Virus record (IMG/VR): IMGVR_UViG_3300050821_008386
Location: 1 to 64,000 of that record
DNA: 64,000 nt
Origin: a virus
Direction: 5' to 3' (one strand)
Of this stretch, positions 35,308 through 46,900 are shown one piece after another. The translations under genes and the position numbers were made by a program. Every line of letters starts with the position of its first letter. Position 1 is the first letter of the stretch. Below the pieces are notes generated by a model. The model had not been told where the DNA came from. It worked only from the letters and a program-made list of their open reading frames with translations, and ran no database searches.

Positions 35308-36321
35308 CTAAAGCATTCCAACGGTTGTCTGGCACCGTTCGCGAGCCATCCGTACGTACTCGGGATTTAATTCGATTCCTATACATCGTCGCCCTAATTC
35401 AATTGAGACCTTGCCGGTTGTACCCGAACCAAAGAATGGGTCGAGAACGATATCACCTAATCGCGAGCCGGCCATTACGCACGGTTTAATCAGGTCTTCA
35501 GGGAACGTAGCGAAATGAGCGTCAGGAAACGGGCAAGTGTTTACGGTCCAGACGTCACGTTTGTTGCGCATCACGGAGCACTGCTCTTCCTTTGTCATTT
35601 GATCCCATCGATCGTTAAATCCGTTGTGACGGCGACCATGGCCGCGTTGCTTATCTTGCCGCTCTTTTTCCTGTTTTTTGGACCTCCGAGTAAATCCTTG
35701 AGCATGAGGTGAATGCTGATCTCCGTTTGGTCCTGCGTAGATACCCGGTTCCTTGATTGCCTCGAAATCGTAGAAGTAACGTTCGCTCTTACTCAACAGA
35801 AAGATGAACTCGTGCGAACGGGTGGGACGGTCAGTGACCGATTCAGGCATGGGGTTTTGTTTATGCCAGACAATATCGCTTCTAAGCCACCATCCATCAG
35901 CACGAAGAGCAAAGGCCAGCATCCACGGGATGCCCACGAGATCTTTTGGCTTGAGCCCGTTGGGCGTCTCCGGTCGGAACTTTCTACTTCCATCAGCCCT
36001 TCTGTTACTGACTCCTGATAATATCCCTTCTTGTCGCAGCGAGTCACCCATGGTACCCGGTGCCGTCGAGCAAAACGAATCCCCGACGTTTACCCAAAGT
36101 GTCCCATCATTCTTCAGAACTCTCTTCACTTCTCTGAACACCTCGACCATCCTAGCGATATAGAGTTCAGGAGTTGCCTCAAGGCCCATTTGCCTCTCGT
36201 TACCGTAATCGCGTAACCCCCAGTAAGGTGGAGAAGTCACACACGTTTGAACGGTTTCAGAGGGAATGGACATGAGAAATTCCAGTGCATCTCCCTCAAG
36301 GATCGTCAGGATCTTGTCCAT
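35308..36321 (-). CDS. Beta-class N4-C/N6-A DNA methyltransferase
   Basis: VTSPPY, IVWHK.NPMPES, HFATFP, LDPFFGSGTT. Confidence 0.95.
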   Translation of the reverse strand: MDKILTILEGDALEFLMSIPSETVQTCVTSPPYWGLRDYGNERQMGLEATPELYIARMVEVFREVKRVLKNDGTLWVNVGDSFCSTAPGTMGDSLRQEGILSGVSNRRADGSRKFRPETPNGLKPKDLVGIPWMLAFALRADGWWLRSDIVWHKQNPMPESVTDRPTRSHEFIFLLSKSERYFYDFEAIKEPGIYAGPNGDQHSPHAQGFTRRSKKQEKERQDKQRGHGRRHNGFNDRWDQMTKEEQCSVMRNKRDVWTVNTCPFPDAHFATFPEDLIKPCVMAGSRLGDIVLDPFFGSGTTGKVSIELGRRCIGIELNPEYVRMARERCQTTVGML

Positions 36322-36642
36322 TTATACGCTAGGAACATTCGGCATCGGCGTCGGACGAGCGCTCGGCGGCGCGGGAATTCGCGGAGGTCCGCCAGAAGCG
36401 AGATTGTTCAGCGCGTCACTGGACTCTTTCTGCTGATTTTCAAAATTGCTTTGGGGCGTCTCCCAGTTGCCGCGAACGACGCCTGCGGTCGCTGGCTTGA
36501 ACTTGCCGGGATGCTCTCCGACACCTGCGCTATGGAGGATCGCTTTAAGGATATGATCATGCAACGCCGGGTCCTCGTTATCGTGGTTGTCCTGTGCCTG
36601 GTCGAGGTTGCCGTTAGCGTGGATATGGCTCAAGTCTCGCAT
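36322..36642 (-). CDS. Hypothetical protein
   Basis: Start placed downstream of operator-like site 36663. Confidence 0.55.
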   Translation of the reverse strand: MRDLSHIHANGNLDQAQDNHDNEDPALHDHILKAILHSAGVGEHPGKFKPATAGVVRGNWETPQSNFENQQKESSDALNNLASGGPPRIPAPPSARPTPMPNVPSV

Positions 36643-36945
36643 AGTAGAAGAAAACCTACCACATGCTATCGCAAGCATCAAGCCTGCTCTTGCCCATCAA
36701 CGGGTCTTTTTATTATATTATCCCCATGACTTGCTGGATGGCTTTCTCGATGACTTGCCAACCGACGTTGCCTGACTATTACGCGGTCGAGTGCAATTCG
36801 GGGTTTGTCTCACTCTCTTACTGGGACGGCGACAGCTTTGATCTGCACGGAGTGACTTACTGGTCCAACGTCCCGTCCGGGCCGATCTCATCTGCGCCAA
36901 CGTCTCCATAGCGAGGGGGATACAACTCGTGGTAACGTTTAAAGA

Positions 36946-38136
36946 ATGCCAGATGACAGAGTAGGGTTCTCCACCCATTTCGATCAGATTGGCGGATCAC
37001 CTTACTGGGCGTCCAGAATCGTGATGCCGCTGATCCAGGCAAGCGGCGTTCAATACGTCCGAGACGATTGGAATTGGAGTTTGGGCGAAGTAACTCCGGG
37101 CGTTTACACGATGAACGCCTCTAAACTGGATTGGCTGCAGGTAGCGGCGGAATACGGCCTTAAAGTGGTTGCTATCCTGAACCCTAACCTGAACAAGATT
37201 TACGCTGATCCATACGATCCGACTGCGGCCGCCAACTATTGCGCGTGGTTGATGGGGCAAGTGGGTTCGATGATCGATACGATCGAGGTCACTAACGAGC
37301 CCAACAACTATTACGCCGGAGTCGAAGGATCCAACTGGGAAGCGATGCTGGTCACTTTGACCGACACCATCTATCACGCGGTTAAAGCGGTCAGCCCGAA
37401 CACGCGAATCATCAGTTACGGCGGACAGGGAGCGCAGGTACTGAGCATGCTGGGGATGGGGTCGCCTTATCTGGACGGTGTCGTGTACCATCCATACGAC
37501 GCCGGCGACAATGTGCCTGAACACGTTTATGAACCTCCCTTTACGAGTTACGTGCCTTGGGTCCAAGCGGTGCGAGCGGCCACCGGCGTCCCGATCTGGG
37601 AGACTGAACGCAACGGATCCGGGGGTGGCGAATTCTATTTTAACGTCTGGAACAGTCGCCGGTTCCTTTTGAGTTACGGACTGGGGATCGAACACAGTTT
37701 CCTGTACGATTTTACCGACACGTCCAATCAATCGGTGATGGATAATAATTACGGCAAACGACAGGCGTATTACGCTATGCAAGCCGTGATGAACGCAATG
37801 AACGGTGTCACGACTACCGGAGTCGGGGTGACCCTGACACCGGGCCAGAGCAATTTCGATCTGACCGACTTTTATTCGTACGTTTACGCGGGACCGTCCA
37901 AGACCGTGGCAGCGGTCTGGTTAGGGAATCACGCGCCGAACGCCCCGCCGTTACCGGGATCAGGGACGGTCACTTTCACGGTCTTAAACTCGCTCACCAG
38001 CGCGTCAGTGATTGTCGATATTGTTAAAGGGATCACCGTCCCGTTAACTTCCTACAACATCTCTCTAGTCGGAACCCAACTGAGCGTGTTCGCGTTCCCG
38101 ATCACGGACCATCCGCAAATGATCATCGTCCAATAA
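36946..38136 (+). CDS. Clan GH-A glycoside hydrolase (GH5/GH39-like)
   Basis: VRDDWNW, EVTNEP acid/base, YHPY, PIWETE nucleophile. Confidence 0.85.
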   Translation: MPDDRVGFSTHFDQIGGSPYWASRIVMPLIQASGVQYVRDDWNWSLGEVTPGVYTMNASKLDWLQVAAEYGLKVVAILNPNLNKIYADPYDPTAAANYCAWLMGQVGSMIDTIEVTNEPNNYYAGVEGSNWEAMLVTLTDTIYHAVKAVSPNTRIISYGGQGAQVLSMLGMGSPYLDGVVYHPYDAGDNVPEHVYEPPFTSYVPWVQAVRAATGVPIWETERNGSGGGEFYFNVWNSRRFLLSYGLGIEHSFLYDFTDTSNQSVMDNNYGKRQAYYAMQAVMNAMNGVTTTGVGVTLTPGQSNFDLTDFYSYVYAGPSKTVAAVWLGNHAPNAPPLPGSGTVTFTVLNSLTSASVIVDIVKGITVPLTSYNISLVGTQLSVFAFPITDHPQMIIVQ

Positions 38137-38137
38137 G

Positions 38138-40918
38138 ATGGCCTTAAACTTCGTCGCGGCATCCTCTCAATGCATTTTCCTGACTACCGCCAACAGTCAG
38201 CCTGCGTCATCGGCGGAAATCCAGAAATGGCCAGCGACATTCGCTTGCTGGTTTAACGCCGCAACAATCGGAACGCCGCCAGCGACCAATACCTTGATGG
38301 CTCTGGATTGTACCGTGGTCCAGACCAATAACCGGTGGCTGATGCGGCTTACCGGGAACGTGCCGTCGATCCTCACCAGTACTTCAGGCGGATTTCTGGC
38401 GACTCCATCGACCGGGACCGTATCGACCTCGACCTGGACGCATCTGGCAATGACAATCACCTCGGCTACCTCCAGGACAATCTATCTGAACGGAGTGGCA
38501 ACCTCTGATCTGGTCAGTACGATCAGTTTCCCGATCGGACAGAACAACATTTGTATCGGCGCGGATTTCAACGCGACAACCACCGCAGCGAACTTTTTTA
38601 ACGGTTCGATCGCCTTCCCGGCAATCTGGAATACGGCGCTTTCCCAGTCCGACATCAACACCCTCTACAATTCGGGGTCCGGCAACGATCCGCGGATTGT
38701 CGAACCGGACAATCTTCTGACCTTGATGCTGTTCGCGCCGACGAACACTTATCAGGACAACATCAATCTCAACATCTGGACGCCACAAGGAGGTCCCACC
38801 CAAGTCGCTGATCCGTTTGTGGTGGGAGTGTCTCCTCCCGTAATGGATGTCCCGATCCCGACTCTGGTTACCGCAACAACCGCTACCCTCAACGGGACAA
38901 TCATTTTTACGCGCGGTGCCACGCCAACAGTCGAAGGATTCAATTACGGGACCACCACCGGGTACGGGACTAACGTTTCCAATACCGGAACATTCGCGCC
39001 GGGTGCCTACTCGATAGGCATCACTGGCCTGACACCCAGCACGATTTATCATTTCAGAGCGTTTGCCACCAACAGCGCCGGGACCGGAGTCAGTATCGAC
39101 GGATATTTCACAACTCTGGGCACCGGGTTGCCGCCGGGAACGCCTGCACCGTTTTTCGAGAAACTCGGCTATTCCTGCAACTTCGATCAACAAGGCGCTT
39201 CCCCGAACTGGAATCCGCCCAAAGTGATGCCGCTAATCGCCGCCTCAGGGGCCATGTGGATACGCGACACGGTCAACTGGAGCGTGTTTGAACCGACCGA
39301 AGGGGTTTATGCCTTGGACGGCGTTAAATCGGTCTGGATGGCGTTAATCCACACGCTGGGGATGAAATTCTGCGGACTGATCCAGTATCCACCCAGATTT
39401 TACGGGAACGTCTCGATTAACCCGAACGAAAACTGGCCCCTGATTCCGTGCGCCAATTTCTGTGCCTGGTTAGCGTCGACCGGACTCTGTGACGTGATCG
39501 AGCTCGTCAACGAAGCTAATAACGTCACTCAATTCCAAGGACCGCCGAATAACGGGTCGAACGCCAACATGGACGCGCTGGTCGCCATGACCGTCGCTGC
39601 ACGTGCGGCAATCCGGGCCGCCGGCTACACCACGCCAGTCATCGGTCTGGATGAACAAGGGAGCGAAGTGCTCTACATGGCCTCGCCAAATCCGCTGATC
39701 GATGGCGTCGTCTATCATCCGTACGATCTGAACGATTCCACGCCCGAACACACGTACGAGCCGCCCTACCCGGATTACGTGACCTGGGTCTGGACCGTTC
39801 AGTGGAGCACCACGATACCCATCTGGGAAACCGAATTTAACGGCGATAACAACACCAAATTGTATGGCGAACACGCCATGGCATTATGGCTAGCGCGCCG
39901 ATACCTGCTGGCATGGTGGTTGGGGATCGGGCACACCTTCATCTATAATTTCACCGATATCCCGCTCCAGAGTCTGGTCGACTACAACTACAATCCGCGA
40001 CAGCAATATTGGGTCACGCAACGGACATTGTTAGCCTTGGAAAACGTTAATACGACCGGGCAATACGTCACGGTGACCAACGCCACGTTCGATACGACCA
40101 ATATCCGCAGCACGGTATTCTGCAGCAGCACGAGCACGGTTGCCAGTGTCTGGGTCGGCAACAATAATACCGGATACGCCGGTGGCGTGTTTCAGCCTTC
40201 AGGTACAGCCACGATTTCGTTCCGGTGCATCAACACGCACGTCACCGATTCGGTAGTGGACTCGATGACGGGCCAGTATCTTCCCCTTTCCACTTATTCT
40301 CCGTCCTTGGTTGGTAAGGTGATGACTCTGACTAATTACCCGATCAGCGACACGCCCCAATACATCACGGTGACCGGGGCAAGTCAGTCCTCGCCACCTT
40401 TGGTCGCGACTTACATCGTCTTGAATATCCAGATGACGTTCGTTCAGTTGACCGGTGGAATTACCTTCGATGGCGGTGCCGCATCAACGTTGACCGGGTT
40501 TAATTACGGGCCCACGACCGCGTACGGATCGACTGTCGAAACCGCGCAGGTGGTCGATACCGGAAGTTTCAGCCAAACCGTTTCCTCTCTTCAGCCTGGC
40601 ACCACCTACCACTTTCAGGCGTTCGCGACCAACGCTAACGGCACAGGGACTTCGGATGACGCGACGTTTACGACCTTGGTCAGTCCTCCGCCGCCACCGC
40701 CTTCTGGTGGTGGTCAGGAAAATCCAGAAGAATTGTCTACGTACGACATCCTGCTTCAGAGCATCATCCGAGAAGATAAAGAGCAGATCATCGAGAACCT
40801 CGACGGAGGCCCGAATCCGTTGACCAACGGTGCGCAGCAAGGCAATACGGTGCCGGAAGATATGCAGTATCAGTACCTGAAAGCGTTCAAGCAGGGCGAC
40901 AAAAAGTACCGGATCTAG
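38138..40918 (+). CDS. Multidomain LamG-FN3-GH-A-FN3 protein, probable virion appendage
   Basis: WTHLA..IYLNG..FNGSI..IWNTALS (LamG); two YHF.AFATN (FN3); ELVNE and PIWETE (GH). Confidence 0.85.
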   Translation: MALNFVAASSQCIFLTTANSQPASSAEIQKWPATFACWFNAATIGTPPATNTLMALDCTVVQTNNRWLMRLTGNVPSILTSTSGGFLATPSTGTVSTSTWTHLAMTITSATSRTIYLNGVATSDLVSTISFPIGQNNICIGADFNATTTAANFFNGSIAFPAIWNTALSQSDINTLYNSGSGNDPRIVEPDNLLTLMLFAPTNTYQDNINLNIWTPQGGPTQVADPFVVGVSPPVMDVPIPTLVTATTATLNGTIIFTRGATPTVEGFNYGTTTGYGTNVSNTGTFAPGAYSIGITGLTPSTIYHFRAFATNSAGTGVSIDGYFTTLGTGLPPGTPAPFFEKLGYSCNFDQQGASPNWNPPKVMPLIAASGAMWIRDTVNWSVFEPTEGVYALDGVKSVWMALIHTLGMKFCGLIQYPPRFYGNVSINPNENWPLIPCANFCAWLASTGLCDVIELVNEANNVTQFQGPPNNGSNANMDALVAMTVAARAAIRAAGYTTPVIGLDEQGSEVLYMASPNPLIDGVVYHPYDLNDSTPEHTYEPPYPDYVTWVWTVQWSTTIPIWETEFNGDNNTKLYGEHAMALWLARRYLLAWWLGIGHTFIYNFTDIPLQSLVDYNYNPRQQYWVTQRTLLALENVNTTGQYVTVTNATFDTTNIRSTVFCSSTSTVASVWVGNNNTGYAGGVFQPSGTATISFRCINTHVTDSVVDSMTGQYLPLSTYSPSLVGKVMTLTNYPISDTPQYITVTGASQSSPPLVATYIVLNIQMTFVQLTGGITFDGGAASTLTGFNYGPTTAYGSTVETAQVVDTGSFSQTVSSLQPGTTYHFQAFATNANGTGTSDDATFTTLVSPPPPPPSGGGQENPEELSTYDILLQSIIREDKEQIIENLDGGPNPLTNGAQQGNTVPEDMQYQYLKAFKQGDKKYRI

Positions 40919-43900
40919 ACGCCAGCGAGTGCCGGAAGTCTCTTCTTCTTGGGAAGTTTAGGAACCTTGGGAGCGGCTGGAGCCGGTTTTCCGGGATGTT
41001 CCAACTGCTGCTTAACTAGCGCGTACGCTCCGTCGAGATAGTCACTGGTATGACTGCCCTTCTTGGCCGCGCCCGCTTCCTTGTATAGCTGTTGTTCGAC
41101 AAACCACAAAACGGCCTGAGCGTCCGCCATGTGCATATCGATACCTGCGCTCTTTAAGTTCTTGAGTACCTTCTCCATTATCTCCCGGTATAAGGGCCGT
41201 TCAGCCTGAGTCGGGGCGTCGTCAGTGAAGTGAAGGTTTTCTTTGATGTTTTTGGCGAGATAAGTGGTTGGGGTACGTTTTTCTACCGGATAAGATCTTT
41301 TCGTGCCGTCTGGATCAGTTGCCGGTCTAGCCGCTTCTTTGTCGGTGTTCTTCGCCCATGAATCCAACTCCGGCATCTCGCGGATAGCTTGCGCGCGAGT
41401 CATGTCCTCGTGATTCTGGATCGCGTCGATCTCATCCAGAATCTTGGCTTTCTGTTCATCGGGCATCTCGACTTCACCGCTTCGGATGCTTCGCCCTAAC
41501 TCGCCAACCTGCGATTTGAACGCGGTCGGGCTGAACCTAAACATACCGCCCGTCATCCGGTTCATGGTGCGCTTAAACCACATATCCATGACCAGCGCAT
41601 CGAAGTGTTTGCCAAGCGCCGAATAGAACTGGCCGATCTTAGGCCCGAGCGAGAGCGCAGCGTAGGTCGGGTGATCCGGTGCTTCGCCGCTGATATCCAA
41701 TCCGTAATCCCGCATCTGGCGGACAGTCATCTTCTTATCCAGAAGATCTTCAAGACCTTGCGCCCCCAATTTATCTTTCAGGGCGTTGAGCTTTTGAAAG
41801 CTCGAAATCATGGCCTTAATCTTTACGCCGCCACCGACAAAGTCTTTCGGGTCAGTCGGAAGTTCACCGTGATCTTTCCAGTATTGGTAGGCGTGATAAG
41901 CAGTTTCGGCGTTGTTATAGACGTTCTGACCGTTGGATGTCACCGCTAGTCCAAGGCGGTACATCATCCGGTTCTCGCGATTAGCGTCGATGGACGGGTC
42001 CAGATGTTGAGCGACGTATTTGACTGCTTCATCTGGGATCTTGTCGTACCAATCAAGGCCCGAAGCGTCTCCAGACAACCGTTTCATCACGTCGTAGGTC
42101 GCTGCACGCGCCATCTGGTTGCGCACCTTGGGATCGTTCAAGTCGAGTTTCCCGTTCTTGCTCTCGATCCAGTCTCCTAAGTTCTCGACTTTCCAGTTCA
42201 GTTTACCTTTCGGCAACTGGCCTTTGGAATATTCGGCAGACATCCGCGGAGGCTTGTTGTTCTCAAGCCATTCTTTCGCCTTTTGTTGTGCGTAAGCGAG
42301 TTTGGCTACCCGATCATCGGTATCGATCAACTTGGAGCGCATTTCCGCCGGCATCTTCTCAGGAGGCAGGAAAGCGACCGAGTGGTCCGTGTTGCTGTCC
42401 AAGGGACCGTGCCCGTTGACGGCAACTTTCTCATCTGGAGGCTCCGTGTTCTGAAGAGGTGGCGAAGGAGCGGACTCACTAGGCGTCTCTTCCCGTTCAG
42501 AAGGTTGAGCGGTCGTCGCAGGAGGGGTCCGGTAGCGGACCATCTCGTCGCCTGACGTGGTACCGTCGTAATCGCTGGTTTCTCGGACGTTGTTACCGTT
42601 CGCGCCTTTGGTCACCCTATCCGCTGGCATGAAGTTCACGTTCCCACTCCCTGGACTGAACGTTCCGCGGTTGCCCGTTGCTGATTTCACACTCTTTGGA
42701 TCGAAGGCAATGACGTGAGTGGTATCGTGAGTGAGTCCCGGCATCCCTTCCTGATAGTCGTCCCCGCCCCATTTCTCGAACGGTTCGTGGTCAATTATGC
42801 CATCGTGCCCCATCGCACGGAGAACTTCAGCGGCAACCGCGCCAGAGGAATGCTGGAAACCATCGTCCTCGAGCAATTGATGCATAGCGCGACTATTCCG
42901 CATCTTATCAATGATATTTCCTGCGTACGTGTGGTCACCGGGTTTTAAATGACGCAGCGTCTGGTCCAACATATCTTGCTCGCCACCAAGACCGTGCTTG
43001 TCGTAAACGTCCCTCACTGCCTGCCTGTAGTCGTTTAGATCAGAGGTGTTCCATCGCGTCGGATTAAGACCTCCGATCTCGACAGGTTGCTTGAGCGACG
43101 CATACAAGGGTTGAATGGAAGCATGTCCGCCATGCTCTCTGCCTTCGTATTCCCGACCTTCCCCCGTATAATTCGCGCTGGCGTCCTCTGGATTGTTGGA
43201 CATGTATATGCCGCGACCCCAATCCGCACTCGTGTTACCTAATCTGGGATCGTGAGTATCGTAATCCTGCGTGGTCCCGTGGTAGAGCCTCAGAGGTTTA
43301 CCATCCTGATCCGTCACTTTTGAGCCTTTAAACCACTCCTTGAAATCATGCGATTGCACCTGCGGATTCTCCGGGTGATCCACTATCCGTTCAGACGGCA
43401 TGAACGCTGGACTTTTCAGTTCGCGATTGTAGCGGATATCCTCGGATGAAAGTTCCTGCTTATTTCCGCGTGGACGCACTTTGATCTCGTTCATTGCGTC
43501 CCGAAGGCTAAGGAACCTGCCGCCGTCTGTGGTGTATCCAGCGACGAGGTCCCTTGTGCCCAGCGCGGGATTATCCTTGAGTGCCTTCCCCTCCGCGAAC
43601 TTATGGATGTTCCCTGTGTAGATCTTCCCGTCAGGCGTCCTGACAGCAGGGTCTTTAATCTTTTCAGGGGCATCACCTATGTGGTCACCCGGCATGAACG
43701 CCGCTGATCTAGGCTCAGATTGCGATGCCTCTGGACCGCTTCCTAGTAAGGGTCCGCGAGTTTTTGGGGATATGTACCTAGATATCTTCGTTGTAATCGG
43801 TTTTTCTCCCAAATACCGCCATGTTTTAGCTCCCTCGGGGTAACTGTCGGTAAACTTTACCCAATTATATTTTTTGGCGAGCGCATCCCTCAAGTCGCTG

Positions 43901-46900
43901 TCACTATCCAGTGCATGATGGATCTGATCGAATCCTCTTCCCATCCACTCATCGCTTTTAGCGTCAGGGGATATCCTGTCCTCTGGATCTTCTATGCCCT
44001 GATTATGAATGTCAGCATAAACGGAAGACAATCGCCTCCAACTGGGATCGCCTGACACGTCAAGAACCCTGTCTTTATCTACAGGAACAGTCGCCTCATA
44101 AAGATTAGGTCCGCCGAATCCCGGATTTTTAGTATAGGCTTTAGCGTGCTCCCTAGATTCAGAAAAGTGTGCTCCAGTGCGTGCCTCGCTATCCCTAGAA
44201 GCGCGAAATAACCTTACGGTGTCCCGATCATCACCCGGCATGAACTGAGCGCTTGGACGCTCCGGTAATGGTCCGCGAGTTTTTGGGAGGTTCTTAAGGT
44301 CTTCAGACGCCAATTGAGGCGCATTTCCTTTTTCCCTAGCCAGGGATGATGCCTTGATTTGGTTATTTCGTTTGGCAAGTTCCCATCCGGGACTTCCCTG
44401 AGTGACGAAGTTTCCGGTAGTCGTGAGGTAACCAGTTTCAATTTCGTGACCGCCAAGATGTTCGTTGTACTGGCTGATGGGTTCTCCCGAATCTCTGGCG
44501 TTGTCTATAGCTTCGCCATGCCAAGATCCGGAGTGAATTACTCCGTTTATCCTGACGGCAGGAGACTGAATCCTCTCCCGTTCCCCTCCCGGTCCTTCGA
44601 CCACGTCACCCGGCATAAACATGCTCATCTGCCCCGACTCCTGATCGCTCGGCGTCGCCTTCTTCGGTTCCACCGCTTTCTGCTCTTCGCCAGTCAGGCG
44701 GAACGGTTCGTTCCCGAAATCAAAGTCCCGATGTTTGGCGTTCTCGGTCGTTCCCTTGGTCAACCACGCTTCCCTTGCTTTTCGAACCTCGTTAGGTTCC
44801 TCGCCCGCGCTTTCTGCTGGCATAAACGCTACGCCTCCTCCATTCCTGAGGTTTGAATGTTCCTCCTCCAGTCCGTGAATCCGGGTGGCGAGTTCGTCCC
44901 ATTTCTTGTCCTCCTCGGGATTCGTAGTGTCGAGTTTAGCCTGTTGTTTCTCCAGATTTGCGCGCAGATGTTCATTTTTCTTAAGCCTGTCTCCAAGCGT
45001 AAGGGTATCAGAACCGGATGCTGGCGCAAGCATTCCTGACCCGCGTTCTTCGGAAGGTTTGCCAGCGCGTTCCGCCTCGGTTTCACCCGGCATGAATCCG
45101 GCTTTTACAATTCCTGACGGAGGGTAACCGCCTTCTTTCAATGCGCGCGCAATCGCTTCGTGGCCGGGATGAATCTGCTCAGACGCGTCTTCGCCGCTGG
45201 GCAGAATATCAATCGTGTTATCTGCTAAAAGTCGTTCATAACCCGAATGAAGCGTTTCTTTAGTCCAACCGGGCGTTTCTGCTTCGATCTTGGCGTGAAG
45301 CGGATTGGTTAAACCCTCTCTGATGCCGCTGGATTTGATTTCCGGTATCTGATGCTTGCCCAGTTCTGAAAGCGCGTCTCCGGCAGCGTTGATGAGCTCG
45401 CCGGGGTCTTCGTACGGCACCTCGGAGGTCTGGCTAACCTTGGCGTTGAGTTTGTCGGGATGTTCCGCTGAAGCGCTGAACAATTTCTCGCTCGTGATCC
45501 CGTAATTCTTTTTCAGGTACGCTTTGGAATCTTTATCGAGCGCTTTCCATGCTTCATGGAGATCCGCGATTTCGCCTTTGGGATAACTCATTCCGCCGGC
45601 GGATGTGGCGAGTTGATTATTCCGTTTGGCGGTCGGGAGGCCCCCGTGTTTCTGGATGGCCTGTAAAACCTCGAACTTGTGCGCTTGGCCTTCCAATTCA
45701 GCGTCACGTTTTGCTTCCGCTTCATCGATCTGTTGGGACCGCCCTTGCGCGATCGCTTTAGAAACCTCTTTCGGGTTTTTTGTTTCACCTGAAACATAAC
45801 CCTCGTTCCCTAACGCTAAGGCACGAGCCTGTCCGCTTGGCGTTCCCGGGTCCATCATGTCCTTGCCACTTAATCCCGCGCCTTTACCTTGCACGGCCAG
45901 ATTCCAGAAATCCGCTTTCGATTTCGCTTTTACAGGGTCGTTGCCAAACGTGTACGGTTCGAATCCGGGGGATTCCACTGGCAGATTAGCGCCTTCGGTA
46001 GGGGTTAATTTCGCGCTGCCGTCACCTTTCCATCCGTTGGAAATGTTATGGAGATACCCGCGCATGTCCTCTTCATCTACCGGATCGCCTGCTGGACCGG
46101 ATTTATAAGGTGATTCCGGACCTAATCTGTGAGCGATTTGCTGGGCGTTCGATGCGACCTTGTCTGGTGATATCCCGCCGTAGTAGAGAGAGTTCGGCGC
46201 GCCTTCTTTCCCCAGAGAGACGCCGACGTAACTTGGAACAATATTCTTTCCGGCTTGCTGACCGGGTGCTGTTCCTTCTGCTCTGGCATGTGCTCCGGAT
46301 TCTATTTGGGCTTCTTGCCGCTGCGCTGCTGTCGCCAATCCCTTGGCTTTTTGGGGCGCTGAGTTGTAGTCGATCCAAAGGTCTTGTCCCTCCGGAATCG
46401 CGTTTTGAATCGCTTTGATAACGAACTGCGATTTCTGGTTGGTCCCGTTTAGTAACCATTGATGAAACGGATCAATGGGATCGAAATATTTGCCGGTTAA
46501 TAGTCCGCTTGCCGGATCGTATTTAACCCGCTGATCGTCCGGCGCCAGGCTTGCCGCATGTTGTTCGCCAACCGTCTGTAAAACCTGTTTCTGGATCGCT
46601 GCGGTGTACGCTTCATCGCTCTGGCGTTCGCCTTGCACCACTTGTTCGTGCGCCCGGTCTTCAGCTTCCTGAATAGATTGCGCGGTAACAGGTTCGGAAG
46701 ATTTCGCCGCCGGTTCTGCGCCTTCCGTTGCTCCTTTGGCGGTTGCAGGTCCCTGAGTACCTTTTGGCGGTTCGGTTCCTGTCGCGTGTTCAACCACCTG
46801 TTCGCCGAAATCGACCGGACCCACAGGTTGTTGACCCGGAACCAAAGGTCCACGTTGCCCGTTGGAACCGATGCCGAACTGCGCCATGTACCGCGCATTG

